Virus record (IMG/VR): IMGVR_UViG_3300008120_009089
Length of the DNA: 64,000 nucleotides
Direction: 5' to 3' (one strand)
Source of the DNA: an uncultured virus (IMG/VR IMGVR_UViG_3300008120_009089)
Lineage: Duplodnaviria; Heunggongvirae; Uroviricota; Caudoviricetes
Part shown: positions 38,727 through 47,912 of the stretch, in pieces
Position numbering within the stretch: the stretch's first letter is position 1
Layout: each line of letters opens with the position of its first letter
Translations under genes and position numbers: made by a program
The notes under the pieces: model-generated
What the model saw: the letters and a program-made list of their open reading frames with translations, nothing else
Databases searched by the model: none
Told to the model about the DNA's origin: nothing

Positions 38727-39407
38727 TTATTTGTTTAAATCAAAATCTATTTTATCCCTTTTAATAAACCTATTAGTATAAGAATCCAATGGTTGAAGAT
38801 TTGTATAATGATTCAACTTTATAACATCGTCCTCGTTGATCGCACTGGATAACGGAATTATATGATCTATATCCCAAATTACTCCATAATTATCCCAAGA
38901 CATATCACCAACAAATCTTTCCTCTAAATAATTTTTAAAAAACTCAATATCACAACCCAAAATATCTATCGACTTTTTATTCTTAGATAAACCTTTACAT
39001 TTAATGGAGTTTCTTATTATCCTAGATATAACAGATTTTAACTTAAAAATGGGATCATTTTTTCTCCTCTCTCGCTGATAATTTGTTTTATACGATCTTA
39101 TTTTTTCTCTATTTATCCTTGAATATTCTGACTTATATTTCTTTATTTTTTCTCTATTTTCTTCAGAATATTCTTTTTGATAAGTTAACTTTCGTTCCCT
39201 GTCTAAATTATATCTTTCTTTCTCTCTTTCTTTTATAGAGTCTTTATTTTTAGAATAGTATTCTTTTGATTTCTCTTTTAATTTCTCTTTATTTCTAAGA
39301 GCATATTCCTTTTTATATAAACTCTCACATTCTTTACAAGAATTTTTTGTTTTTACGAATAAGATCAATTCTTTTTCAATTCCACATTTTATACAAATTT
39401 TAGTCAT
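38727..39407 (-). CDS. HNH homing endonuclease
   Basis: CxxC..CxxC; LGC; MSWDNYG..WDIDHIIP...NHYTNLQPL. Confidence 0.85.
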   Translation of the reverse strand: MTKICIKCGIEKELILFVKTKNSCKECESLYKKEYALRNKEKLKEKSKEYYSKNKDSIKEREKERYNLDRERKLTYQKEYSEENREKIKKYKSEYSRINREKIRSYKTNYQRERRKNDPIFKLKSVISRIIRNSIKCKGLSKNKKSIDILGCDIEFFKNYLEERFVGDMSWDNYGVIWDIDHIIPLSSAINEDDVIKLNHYTNLQPLDSYTNRFIKRDKIDFDLNK

Positions 39408-39420
39408 AAGTTATATATAA

Positions 39421-39453
39421 AAAAAGTGTCCTCTTTTTTGAGGACACTTTTTT
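39421..39453. terminator. intrinsic terminator after the ssb gene
   Basis: aaaaagtgtcctc-ttttt-gaggacacttttt. Confidence 0.8.
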
Positions 39454-39470
39454 TATTGATTTTTCAAATC

Positions 39471-40445
39471 TTACAAATCTGAAAAGAAATCGTCTTCCGA
39501 TTCTACTTGTGTAGTAGTAGTCTTTTGAGTAAACGTTTCTTCGAACTCAAAATCATCTGAAGATGGTTTTGTTTCAGTTTTAGTCGCTGAGAATGAAGAA
39601 GAAGCTTTTCCAGTTAAGAAGTTAACGATTTCGTTAATCTTACCATTTTGCTCATCAGTCAATCTTTTTGGTGCGTATTCCTCTAAATCATGCTCTCTAT
39701 CTGTTAAGAAATCTTTAACAATAGATTGAGCTTCTGGTTTAACTCTTACTTTACCATCAATTTCGATAGTTGGTACATTTTTGAATACACCGTTTTTGAA
39801 TACTGGTAAAGAAGTTGTCTCACTTTTAAAAGTTGACATTTTATAATCTGGGTAAGTTTCATCACCTGTTTGAATTTCTTTAACAATAAGTACGAAATCT
39901 TTTCCTTCTGCTAAATCAAATACATTACAAGGTACTCCAGAAATTTCACCATTTTTCTCTTGAGAGATTTTATCTTTAATAGTTTTACCGTATTGGAAAA
40001 TCATAATTTTACCAACTAATTCTGGTTGTTGTTCATCTTCAACTACAAGAACATAAGAGTAATACTTTTTAGAATATTTTAATTGTCTTGCTTTTTCAAT
40101 TAAAACTGCGTTTTTAGAGTTTGTCATTGTGTAATACAAATCTGTTAAAGCACATTTCTCATTGAAGTTTTTTGGACTATCAAACCATCCAGCTAATTCT
40201 CTAGGGTTTTTGATATCTACGAAGTGTGTGATTTTCTCGATAGCCATTTGACCTACTTTACCTTCTTTTGTTAAGTTAGGTAAAAGTCTAACTACTGATC
40301 TCCATCCTCTTTTTTTGTCTTTCACTTTTGAAAGATCTACTCGGTAAATACCGTCGTTGTTTGTTGTTGTCTTTTGCTCATTTAAGAAGTCCATTTTGCT
40401 GTCTAAGCCTCCATTAAATAGATCATCAATGTTTTCATTTGCCAT
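39471..40445 (-). CDS. single-stranded DNA-binding protein, T4 gp32-like
   Basis: VRLLP, YY.YVLVV.D...PE..GK..F.YGK.I.DKI, FDL.EG.DF.L, DY..S.F, acidic tail DDFFSDL. Confidence 0.85.
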   Translation of the reverse strand: MANENIDDLFNGGLDSKMDFLNEQKTTTNNDGIYRVDLSKVKDKKRGWRSVVRLLPNLTKEGKVGQMAIEKITHFVDIKNPRELAGWFDSPKNFNEKCALTDLYYTMTNSKNAVLIEKARQLKYSKKYYSYVLVVEDEQQPELVGKIMIFQYGKTIKDKISQEKNGEISGVPCNVFDLAEGKDFVLIVKEIQTGDETYPDYKMSTFKSETTSLPVFKNGVFKNVPTIEIDGKVRVKPEAQSIVKDFLTDREHDLEEYAPKRLTDEQNGKINEIVNFLTGKASSSFSATKTETKPSSDDFEFEETFTQKTTTTQVESEDDFFSDL

Positions 40446-40518
40446 AATTGCTTTTTATTTATTTTTAATACTGACTTTGTTGTCAGTTAATATTTATATT
40501 AGAAATAATTTGGAAAGT

Positions 40519-40668
40519 TTAATTTTTTTTCATATATTCCTCAATTAATTTCTCTATAACTTTTGATTTATCTAAAAGATTATCATCTATATGCTTTTCA
40601 AAAACTTCATATAAATTTGGATCCATAGAAAAATATATTTTTAATTTTCTTTTAGTTTTAATTTTCAT
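40519..40668 (-). CDS. ribbon-helix-helix protein (49 aa)
   Basis: Not in the ORF track. MKIKTKRKLKIYFSMDPNLYEVFEKHIDDNLLDKSKVIEKLIEEYMKKN. Confidence 0.65.
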   Translation of the reverse strand: MKIKTKRKLKIYFSMDPNLYEVFEKHIDDNLLDKSKVIEKLIEEYMKKN

Positions 40669-40683
40669 ATTTTATTTTATATT

Positions 40684-41271
40684 TTAATCAGACCATTTGT
40701 TTCCTTTAGATAGATTATCCTTAGCCCATAGTGGTTGAAAATTAGTGTAATGGTTTAACTCGTATATCTCATCTTCTGTATTAGCCCAACTTATCGGCGT
40801 TTTGTGGTCTAAGTGCCATTTACCATGATTTTCCCAAGTCATTCCTTCATTGAATTGACTTTCTATGTGAATTTTGAATTCTTCAAATGAACAGCCTAGT
40901 ATATTATTCACTTTTGATTTTTTTGAAAATCCTCTTTTCTTAATCGATGTGTAAATCAACTTTCTTATAGATATCGATAGTTTAAATAGATTATCATATT
41001 TTTTTCTTTCATTTATATAAATATTTCTATTTTCTCTATTCTCTTCTTGATATTTTTTATTTCTCTCTATTATATAATCTTTATTTTTAGAGTAATTTTC
41101 TCTAGATCTCTGTATAAGAATATCTCTATTATCAATATAATATTCTTTCATTTTTTCTTTTCTAGAATCATTATATTTTTTATTTAAAATTTTATTACAT
41201 TCTATACAAACTGACCATCTTTTAAATTGAGATAAATCTTTTTCTAATTCACATTTACTGCATTTTTTCAT
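40684..41271 (-). CDS. HNH homing endonuclease
   Basis: CxxC..CxxC; GMTWENHGKWHLDHKTP...NHYTNFQPLWAKDNLSK. Confidence 0.85.
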   Translation of the reverse strand: MKKCSKCELEKDLSQFKRWSVCIECNKILNKKYNDSRKEKMKEYYIDNRDILIQRSRENYSKNKDYIIERNKKYQEENRENRNIYINERKKYDNLFKLSISIRKLIYTSIKKRGFSKKSKVNNILGCSFEEFKIHIESQFNEGMTWENHGKWHLDHKTPISWANTEDEIYELNHYTNFQPLWAKDNLSKGNKWSD

Positions 41272-41293
41272 AAGTTATATATTAATATATAAC

Positions 41294-41326
41294 TTCTACC
41301 TTTTCTACCTTTTCTACCTTTTCTAC
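41294..41326. repeat. 9-nt tandem repeat (ttctacctt) x ~3.5
   Basis: ttctaccttttctaccttttctaccttttctac. Confidence 0.85.
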
Positions 41327-41569
41327 TTAATTTTGTTGGTTAATTCCCATAATCTTTTCAGATAAATATTCTGTATAAGCAATACTACCCAAACTCTCTT
41401 TTGTGTATTGAGAATAATCTGGCTTATACCATCTACTATCAAAATAATTATTATGTGAATTATCAATTACTTCACCCCTAAAAATTTTTAAGATTTTTTG
41501 AGCTCTTAAAAAAGAATTATATCCAACATCATTTCTATATGGATCAACACTTATATAATATGGGTTCAT
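41327..41569 (-). CDS. mini-protein with YISVDPY...VGY segment and RAQKILKIF motif
   Basis: ORF 80 aa. Confidence 0.55.
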   Translation of the reverse strand: MNPYYISVDPYRNDVGYNSFLRAQKILKIFRGEVIDNSHNNYFDSRWYKPDYSQYTKESLGSIAYTEYLSEKIMGINQQN

Positions 41570-41736
41570 TTTCTAATTGTTTTAATACGTTCAACTTGAT
41601 ATTTCATTATATCGACATTTTTATATTGGTTTAAGAAATCAACTATTTTTTTATACATCTCAATAGGTGTTTCTAATAAAATACATCCATATGGATAAAC
41701 CCCCTCATTTATAAACTCAATATATTTTTTTATCAT
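41566..41736 (-). CDS. 56-aa protein with MIKKYIEFINE tag
   Basis: Not in the ORF track; TATATA box upstream; ATGA-coupled to 41327..41569. Confidence 0.55.
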   Translation of the reverse strand: MIKKYIEFINEGVYPYGCILLETPIEMYKKIVDFLNQYKNVDIMKYQVERIKTIRK

Positions 41737-41802
41737 ATTCTATATATTTATATCGCCATTCCAAAAAAGTTATTATATTTGTAAAACAAAATAAGACGAG
41801 TT

Positions 41803-41973
41803 ATGGAAAGATATTCAATGAAAGAGGTTTTAAAACAAAAGTATGGAGAAGTAGAAAAATCTAAAGGTGGTAAAGTTGCTACCAAAAGAGCTACTAAAAA
41901 TGCTGAGAAAAAAGAAACTGGTAAATATGTTACCAAAATCGTAGATGGTGTTAAATATATGGTTTTGAAATAA
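41803..41973 (+). CDS. small basic early protein (56 aa)
   Basis: Not in the ORF track. MERYSMKEVLKQKYG...; follows TATATTTG (41774); TAATG-coupled. Confidence 0.6.
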   Translation: MERYSMKEVLKQKYGEVEKSKGGKVATKRATKNAEKKETGKYVTKIVDGVKYMVLK

Positions 41974-42374
41974 TGACTAGTGAAGAAATAATAGAAGGCA
42001 ATAAAATCATAGCTGAGTTTATGGTTCCTAACTGGGAACTTCTTAAATCAGATACTTATGAGGGTGGAATTGAAACTAAAGACTTATGGGTAGCCGCGAG
42101 TCTTTGTAGTGAAGAATATGGAACACTAAGATATCATATTTCATATGACTCACTCTTTAGAGTGATTGATAAATTAGAAGAAGATATTTATAATTGGGTT
42201 ACTTTATCTGGTCATAGATGTTTAATAGAAGAAAAATGTCCATATAGTGGTAAAGTCTATAAAAAAGTAGAGTATAACGGACTAAACTCAAAAGGTAGTA
42301 AAATAGAAAACTACTGGAGAACAGTAGTTGATTTTATAAAATATCTCAATGAAGAAAAAAAGAGTGATTTATAA
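41973..42374 (+). CDS. hypothetical phage protein
   Basis: N-terminal NKIIAEFM; Y..S.D.L..VI.K motif. Confidence 0.6.
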   Translation: MTSEEIIEGNKIIAEFMVPNWELLKSDTYEGGIETKDLWVAASLCSEEYGTLRYHISYDSLFRVIDKLEEDIYNWVTLSGHRCLIEEKCPYSGKVYKKVEYNGLNSKGSKIENYWRTVVDFIKYLNEEKKSDL

Positions 42375-42389
42375 TCACTCTTTTTTTTT
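42355..42389. terminator. bidirectional terminator
   Basis: aaaaaagagtgatt-tat-aatcactctttttt. Confidence 0.8.
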
Positions 42390-42390
42390 A

Positions 42391-42714
42391 TTAGTTTAAA
42401 CTATAATAACCTGGGCCAGGATAACCTTCAAATCCTGGAGGTGGTCCATCTTGATCATCGTCTTCATCTTCATCATAATAATCTTCATCATCGTCATCCG
42501 AATCAAAATCAAAACCCATATTTACCAATTCAGACATAACTTCATCGGTTAGTTTCATATCACCTTTTCTTTCTTCCATGTAATTATCAAACATACCTAC
42601 TGTGAACTTACCTTTTTCCTTTTTAATTTCTTCTAGTTTTGGTAGAATATCTTCAGCAATTTCTTCAGCTAAACTCTTATCATTATAACCTTCAAACGTT
42701 TTTAAATATTTCAT
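42391..42714 (-). CDS. MKYLKTFE-tag acidic protein
   Basis: N-terminal tag; Asp-rich C-terminal half. Confidence 0.65.
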   Translation of the reverse strand: MKYLKTFEGYNDKSLAEEIAEDILPKLEEIKKEKGKFTVGMFDNYMEERKGDMKLTDEVMSELVNMGFDFDSDDDDEDYYDEDEDDDQDGPPPGFEGYPGPGYYSLN

Positions 42715-42729
42715 ATCTATTTTTATTTT

Positions 42730-42960
42730 TTAAATTCTCTTGAAATTATTTATCTCAACACACATATCAATATCTTCATAAGATTCACCATCAGAAACAT
42801 CACTACCTTGTTCAACTAGAAACTTATTTAACTCTTCTCTTGTAGGCATTTGTGGGTGCTCAATAAAATAGATGTAGTGATCAGAACTTTCACTTGTAGT
42901 CGTTAAAACAAATTGTTTCATCTGACTATTATTTTCATTATATTTATTTAAGTATTTCAT
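42730..42960 (-). CDS. MKYLNKYNE-tag protein
   Basis: Start placed at ATG 42960. Confidence 0.6.
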   Translation of the reverse strand: MKYLNKYNENNSQMKQFVLTTTSESSDHYIYFIEHPQMPTREELNKFLVEQGSDVSDGESYEDIDMCVEINNFKRI

Positions 42961-42970
42961 ATTGTATTTT

Positions 42971-43615
42971 TTATTTTTTAATGTATTCATATACATATTT
43001 TTTAAATCTCTTTTGAGTTTCTAAATCCATAGAAGAATAAACATTTTGAATCCAAGATACTTTTTTACCACCTCTCAAAACATCTAAAATATCATCATCA
43101 CTCATTCCCACTTTTCTACATTGAACAATAAATGAGTCAGCATAAGCCATAACTTCATCGGTTGAACTAAAATATTTCTTATGATCCACTGGTGATCTTT
43201 CTAAGTTTCTTATAGTTACATCTGGTCTTCTTTGAGCTTGTTGTTTATGTACAGATTCGTGTCTTAATACTTCTTCCAAAAAGTCTAATAACCTATTCTT
43301 TAATGGACTATTAATAGACTTTATAAACTCATTCTCATCTATACAGATATACATTTTATTAGTATAAACATTATGAGCTCCCCATCGAATACCACCCATT
43401 AATGGAGGCATATCAACCGGAACCAACTCGATTTCCTTTTTTGTTTGTAGTTTAGATTTAAAGTATTCAACATCAACAAACTCAACATTCATATCATTGA
43501 ATATCTCTTTTAAGTTATCTAATGTTATGTTACTCATTGATCTAACTTTTTCAAGAGCTTCCGTGAAATCATATGGTTGAATTACAGCCTCATTAAATCT
43601 TTTCAAATATTTCAT
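42971..43615 (-). CDS. MKYLKRFNE-tag protein with HExxH zincin-like motif
   Basis: LRHESVHKQQ...Y....DEVMAYA. Confidence 0.6.
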   Translation of the reverse strand: MKYLKRFNEAVIQPYDFTEALEKVRSMSNITLDNLKEIFNDMNVEFVDVEYFKSKLQTKKEIELVPVDMPPLMGGIRWGAHNVYTNKMYICIDENEFIKSINSPLKNRLLDFLEEVLRHESVHKQQAQRRPDVTIRNLERSPVDHKKYFSSTDEVMAYADSFIVQCRKVGMSDDDILDVLRGGKKVSWIQNVYSSMDLETQKRFKKYVYEYIKK

Positions 43616-43638
43616 AATGTATATATTAATTTTAATTA

Positions 43639-43983
43639 TTAATTTCTTCTTATATATGATATGTGTAAATTATAATTGATATAATCAATTGAGAATGTCG
43701 CTGGATTTCTAATTGATTTAGAATCAACTTCTCCTCTTCTATACAATCTGAATCCAAATCCTTTAAGATAATTATCCAAATGGTTAAATACATCTGATAT
43801 TTCATCTAAAGTAAATTTATTCTTTGATGAGATATCGATTGTAACTTGATCAACTGGTTTATCAAAATAACTAATAGTATATTTAAAATAACTTGGTAGT
43901 TCCATCAAAACATCTTCAATATATTCCTTATCAGGTAATTCTAAAACAGATTCAAACAACTTAAAGCTTTTTATCCTTTTCAT
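43639..43983 (-). CDS. MKRIKSFKLFES-tag protein
   Basis: N-terminal tag. Confidence 0.65.
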   Translation of the reverse strand: MKRIKSFKLFESVLELPDKEYIEDVLMELPSYFKYTISYFDKPVDQVTIDISSKNKFTLDEISDVFNHLDNYLKGFGFRLYRRGEVDSKSIRNPATFSIDYINYNLHISYIRRN

Positions 43984-44447
43984 ATTTTATTTACTTTTTT
44001 ATTTTCTTCAAGATTGTCCATCAATTTATTCATATAACCTCTCAAATCAATTGTGTACGCAACACGAACTCTATTACTAGACATTCCTATTCTATTACCA
44101 ATACACACATAATCTAAATGTTCTTTTAATAAACGAAGAAACCTTTCTAATAAATCTTTATTTTTATCTTGTTCAACTTCATCCATAGTAACCATAAGCA
44201 TTAAACCATTTCCATCATCATCACCATGAAAGGTTGAACTAAAATCATCACAAGAACGACCAAATCTATCCTCATTTTTTAAATAAATAGATTGAATATT
44301 TACTTTACAATCAACTAAATGATCTTCTAACTCATAAAGTATACCTTCTATATCCTCTCTAACCTCAGATAGAACAACAACTCTATCTTTTGCCGTCATT
44401 TTACTACCTGTTGATTCAAACAACTTAAAACTTTTTATCCTTTTCAC
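43980..44447 (-). CDS. MKRIKSFKLFES-tag protein (GTG start)
   Basis: N-terminal tag identical to its neighbour. Confidence 0.65.
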   Translation of the reverse strand: MKRIKSFKLFESTGSKMTAKDRVVVLSEVREDIEGILYELEDHLVDCKVNIQSIYLKNEDRFGRSCDDFSSTFHGDDDGNGLMLMVTMDEVEQDKNKDLLERFLRLLKEHLDYVCIGNRIGMSSNRVRVAYTIDLRGYMNKLMDNLEENKKVNKI

Positions 44448-44450
44448 AAT

Positions 44451-44741
44451 TTATTTATTTTGTTTATTATCTTCACCTTTAAACGGACCTAACATACCTT
44501 TTAAGTTCCAAGAAGAGACAAACTTCTTGTTGTGTTTTTCATAGTCTTCATATGACTCAATACCACTATCAATAGGATTTTCAATATATTGAATGTTAGC
44601 ACCTTGTTTATTCATATCAGAAATACGATTACCAATATCAGTTTTAGCTGACATCTTCATAACTTTTTTTAACTGATCTACTGTTTGTTGACGAGGTAAA
44701 GCCTCATTTATACTAAACTCTTCAAATTTCAATATCTTCAT
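44451..44741 (-). CDS. MKILKFEEFSINE-tag protein
   Basis: N-terminal tag. Confidence 0.65.
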   Translation of the reverse strand: MKILKFEEFSINEALPRQQTVDQLKKVMKMSAKTDIGNRISDMNKQGANIQYIENPIDSGIESYEDYEKHNKKFVSSWNLKGMLGPFKGEDNKQNK

Positions 44742-44751
44742 ATTCTATATA

Positions 44752-45114
44752 TTAATTTTTACGACTATAAATACCAACCGACAGTGCATAATTATATGAG
44801 TTATCCGGTAAATCATAGAACTTAACATCTTCTAATTCATATCCTTCAAACCTAATTTTATATTGTGGTAATCTTGGAATATCTTTTAATCTCTTTTCAC
44901 CAAGTTCTTTAGCCATTTGTACCATTTCATCTCTATCATAAACATCATAGTTTGAAAAACATCTATCACACCAACCTTCGGTATAAATAATTTTATCTCC
45001 AATTTTAGTTATGATATTTGTTTGAGATGGAATATCAGAATCGGGTATAGAGTTTACTAAGTCCGATAATTCGGATTCAAAGTTAAAACTCTCAAATAAT
45101 TTAAGTTTTTTCAT
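44752..45114 (-). CDS. MKKLKLFES-tag protein
   Basis: N-terminal tag. Confidence 0.65.
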   Translation of the reverse strand: MKKLKLFESFNFESELSDLVNSIPDSDIPSQTNIITKIGDKIIYTEGWCDRCFSNYDVYDRDEMVQMAKELGEKRLKDIPRLPQYKIRFEGYELEDVKFYDLPDNSYNYALSVGIYSRKN

Positions 45115-45158
45115 TATTTATATATTTAATTTTTAATATATAAAAATAAAACGACAAG

Positions 45159-45464
45159 ATGAAAAATATCAAAACTTGGGATATGTTCAACGAAGGTAAA
45201 ACAATGAAAGCATCTAAATCATCTGATTCTGATGTTAAAGTTGAAAAATTCAGAGAAACTATTGAGAACTTCTTGAAAAATATGAAAGACGCTAAAGTTA
45301 AAACTGTTGGTACAGATTTAGAAGTTAACTTAGAAGATGTTAAAGTTCAAGTAATGTTCCGTAAAGATTATGTTGGTGTTAAGAAAGTAGGTGAGAAAGC
45401 CGAAGAATTCAAATACGACCAATTAGGAAAAATTAAAAGTGAAATCAAAAAACACTTAAAATAA
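45159..45464 (+). CDS. MKNIKTWDMFNE-tag protein
   Basis: N-terminal tag, TATATA box. Confidence 0.65.
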   Translation: MKNIKTWDMFNEGKTMKASKSSDSDVKVEKFRETIENFLKNMKDAKVKTVGTDLEVNLEDVKVQVMFRKDYVGVKKVGEKAEEFKYDQLGKIKSEIKKHLK

Positions 45465-45491
45465 AAAAAAACCACTCAATTGAGTGGTTTT
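45465..45491. terminator. bidirectional terminator
   Basis: aaaaccactcaa-ttgagtggtttt. Confidence 0.75.
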
Positions 45492-45829
45492 ATTATTTCT
45501 TCTATTATTTCATTTCTCGATTCAGACTTAATCATATTAAGTAAATCCCCATATGTAATTTCTTCACTTAATAATTCATCTTTGTAATAAATATCAAACT
45601 CAGCAAAACTAGCAGTGTCTCCATCCATTCTTGGTAATTCACCATCATATCCTCTATACGAAACCATTGTAAGTCCTCTGAAAAATCCCCAACCACTTGA
45701 AACTAATAGATTTTGATTCCATTCAGTGTAATCAGATTCTATTGTAACTTCGGTTCCACCAACATAATATTCATCTGGTTTTGCAATGAATTTAAAGTCC
45801 TTTAAAAAATCAATCTTAGAAATCATCAT
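45476..45829 (-). CDS. hypothetical protein, C-terminal [10 protein letters not shown]
   Basis: ORF plus degenerate shared motif. Confidence 0.6.
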   Translation of the reverse strand: MMISKIDFLKDFKFIAKPDEYYVGGTEVTIESDYTEWNQNLLVSSGWGFFRGLTMVSYRGYDGELPRMDGDTASFAEFDIYYKDELLSEEITYGDLLNMIKSESRNEIIEEIIKPLN

Positions 45830-46775
45830 CTAAACTATCAAAGTCAATATTCTTATCAGAAGCTTTTTGATATTCAGAAACTCTTTTCTCGAAGAAGTTA
45901 GATTTGTTTTGTAAAGAAAGCATATCCATAAAATCAAAAGGATTTTCAGAGTTATAAACTTTCTTACAACCTAATTCAGTTAACCAGAAGTCAGCAACGA
46001 ACTCTATGTATTGTTGCATCATCTTAGCGTTCATACCAATTAAAGAAACTGGTAAAGAATCAGTAACGAATTCTTTTTCAATCTCAACTGCTTCAGTAAT
46101 AATCTCAGTAATTCTTTCAGCACTAACTTTATTCGTGATGTATTTGTTATGTAACAAACAAGCGAACTCACAGTGTAAACCTTCATCTCTTGAAATTAAC
46201 TCATTAGAGAATGCTAAACCTGGCATTAAACCTCTTTTCTTTAACCAGAAAATAGAACAGAATGATCCAGAGAAAAAGATACCTTCAACAGCAGCAAAGG
46301 CAATTAATCTTTCAGCAAATGAATCAGATTCAATCCATTTAAGTGCCCACTCAGCTTTCTTTTTAACAGATGGTACTGTTTCAATAGCATTGAATAAATG
46401 ATCTCTTTCTTTAGAATCTTTGATATAAGTATCAATCAATAAAGAGTAAGTTTCAGAGTGAACATTCTCCATTGCTATTTGAAAACCATAAAAACTTTTA
46501 GCCTCTGGATACTGAACTTCTTTTAAGAAATTCTCAGCTAAGTTTTCATTTACGATACCATCAGATGCAGCGAAGAATGCTAAAACATTTTTAATATAAT
46601 GTTTTTCATCATCATTTAATTTTTCATTCCAGTCAGTTAAATCTTGTGCTAAATCAATCTCTTCGCTCGTCCAAAATGACATTTCAGCAGTTTTATACTT
46701 TTCCCAAATGTCATGATATTTCAACGGAAACATCACAAAACGACTTTTGTTTTCTTTTAAAATATGTTCTTCCAT
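45816..46775 (-). CDS. nrdB: ribonucleotide reductase class Ia beta subunit
   Basis: [46 protein letters not shown]. Confidence 0.95.
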   Translation of the reverse strand: MEEHILKENKSRFVMFPLKYHDIWEKYKTAEMSFWTSEEIDLAQDLTDWNEKLNDDEKHYIKNVLAFFAASDGIVNENLAENFLKEVQYPEAKSFYGFQIAMENVHSETYSLLIDTYIKDSKERDHLFNAIETVPSVKKKAEWALKWIESDSFAERLIAFAAVEGIFFSGSFCSIFWLKKRGLMPGLAFSNELISRDEGLHCEFACLLHNKYITNKVSAERITEIITEAVEIEKEFVTDSLPVSLIGMNAKMMQQYIEFVADFWLTELGCKKVYNSENPFDFMDMLSLQNKSNFFEKRVSEYQKASDKNIDFDSLDDDF

Positions 46776-46828
46776 AATAATTTATTTTGTTTTTTTTATA
46801 TATTCAATTTGAAATTTGTTTAGTTTTT

Positions 46829-46921
46829 AAAAAAAGAAAACCACCGAGGAGCGAATTCAGTGGTTTTCAAAAATATAGTCCACCCAGAGGGGCTTTAACT
46901 ATAACGGGTCCTAAGCCGTTT
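46829..46921 (-). ncRNA. candidate structured RNA with segments antisense to 23S rRNA H69-H71, ending in an intrinsic terminator
   Basis: Three hairpins; the + strand reads TAACTATAACGGGTCCTAAG (46896-46915) and AGGAGCGAATTC (46847-46858). Confidence 0.5.
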
Positions 46922-47474
46922 CTTTAAATTTATTACCTTTTGACAAATTATCTTTTGCCCAAAGTGGTTGTAAGTTTGATAGAGAATTTACTGTACTCAA
47001 TTTTGTATTTTTATTAAATTTACTTATTGGTTTTTTATGATCAATATGCCATTCACCATAATTATCCCAAGACATTCCGTCTTTAAATTGACATTCTATT
47101 CTTTGTTTCAATTTAAGACTATTATACCCTAAAATCTCAAATGTTTTTTTATTCTTTTTTACTCCAAAATATTTTAAACATCTTCTTAGAATATCCCTAG
47201 CTGAATTTCCGATTCTAATATTTAGATTATTTTTTCTAAGTTCCTTTCTTCTCTCCGAATAACTACTCTCATAATTCTTTGATTTTATTTTATAATCACC
47301 GGTATTCCTATATAATCGTTTTCTTTCTAAAACTCTATTAGTATTTGATTTGTAATGTTTTTTAACCATATCTTTTGAGCAATCTTTACAATAAATTTGA
47401 TATCCAGTTTTAGAATTTTTCTTCTTGTGAAAATCACTCAACTCTTTATCAATGGAACATTTTTTACAAATCAT
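46911..47474 (-). CDS. HNH homing endonuclease
   Basis: CxxC..CxxC; GMSWDNYGEWHIDHKKP...NLQPLWAKDNLSK. Confidence 0.85.
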   Translation of the reverse strand: MICKKCSIDKELSDFHKKKNSKTGYQIYCKDCSKDMVKKHYKSNTNRVLERKRLYRNTGDYKIKSKNYESSYSERRKELRKNNLNIRIGNSARDILRRCLKYFGVKKNKKTFEILGYNSLKLKQRIECQFKDGMSWDNYGEWHIDHKKPISKFNKNTKLSTVNSLSNLQPLWAKDNLSKGNKFKETA

Positions 47475-47512
47475 ATTTTATATATTAAAAAATTATCCGT
47501 ATGTTTGCTATT

Positions 47513-47896
47513 ATGAAAAGGTTATTTTTAGACGATTGGCGAATTCCTAGAGACTGTGCTACTTATATGTGGCAAAGAAAGGTGAATTGTACCGTATTCC
47601 ACGAAGAATGGGATATAGTAAGATCGTATGGTCAATTTAAATCTTGGATAATTGAAAATGGTATACCAGATTTAGTAGCATTTGATTATGATTTAGCTGA
47701 TGTTGAAGAATTAAAAGAAGAACTTCCATTTGAATATTGGTTTAATCTAGATGAAAATAGAGTTTATACTGGATTGGATTGTGTTATTTTTTTACTTAAC
47801 TATTGTAAAGAAAGAAACTTAAACTTTCCTGAATATATTATTCATTCAGCAAATCCGGATGGAAGTGATGAAATAAAAAAACTTTTAGCTGTGTAA
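47513..47896 (+). CDS. cyclic-phosphate processing receiver-like domain protein (second copy)
   Basis: LFLDDWR, VAFDYDL, TGLDC, IHSANP. Confidence 0.8.
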   Translation: MKRLFLDDWRIPRDCATYMWQRKVNCTVFHEEWDIVRSYGQFKSWIIENGIPDLVAFDYDLADVEELKEELPFEYWFNLDENRVYTGLDCVIFLLNYCKERNLNFPEYIIHSANPDGSDEIKKLLAV

Positions 47897-47912
47897 GATA
47901 TACAATGTTTAT

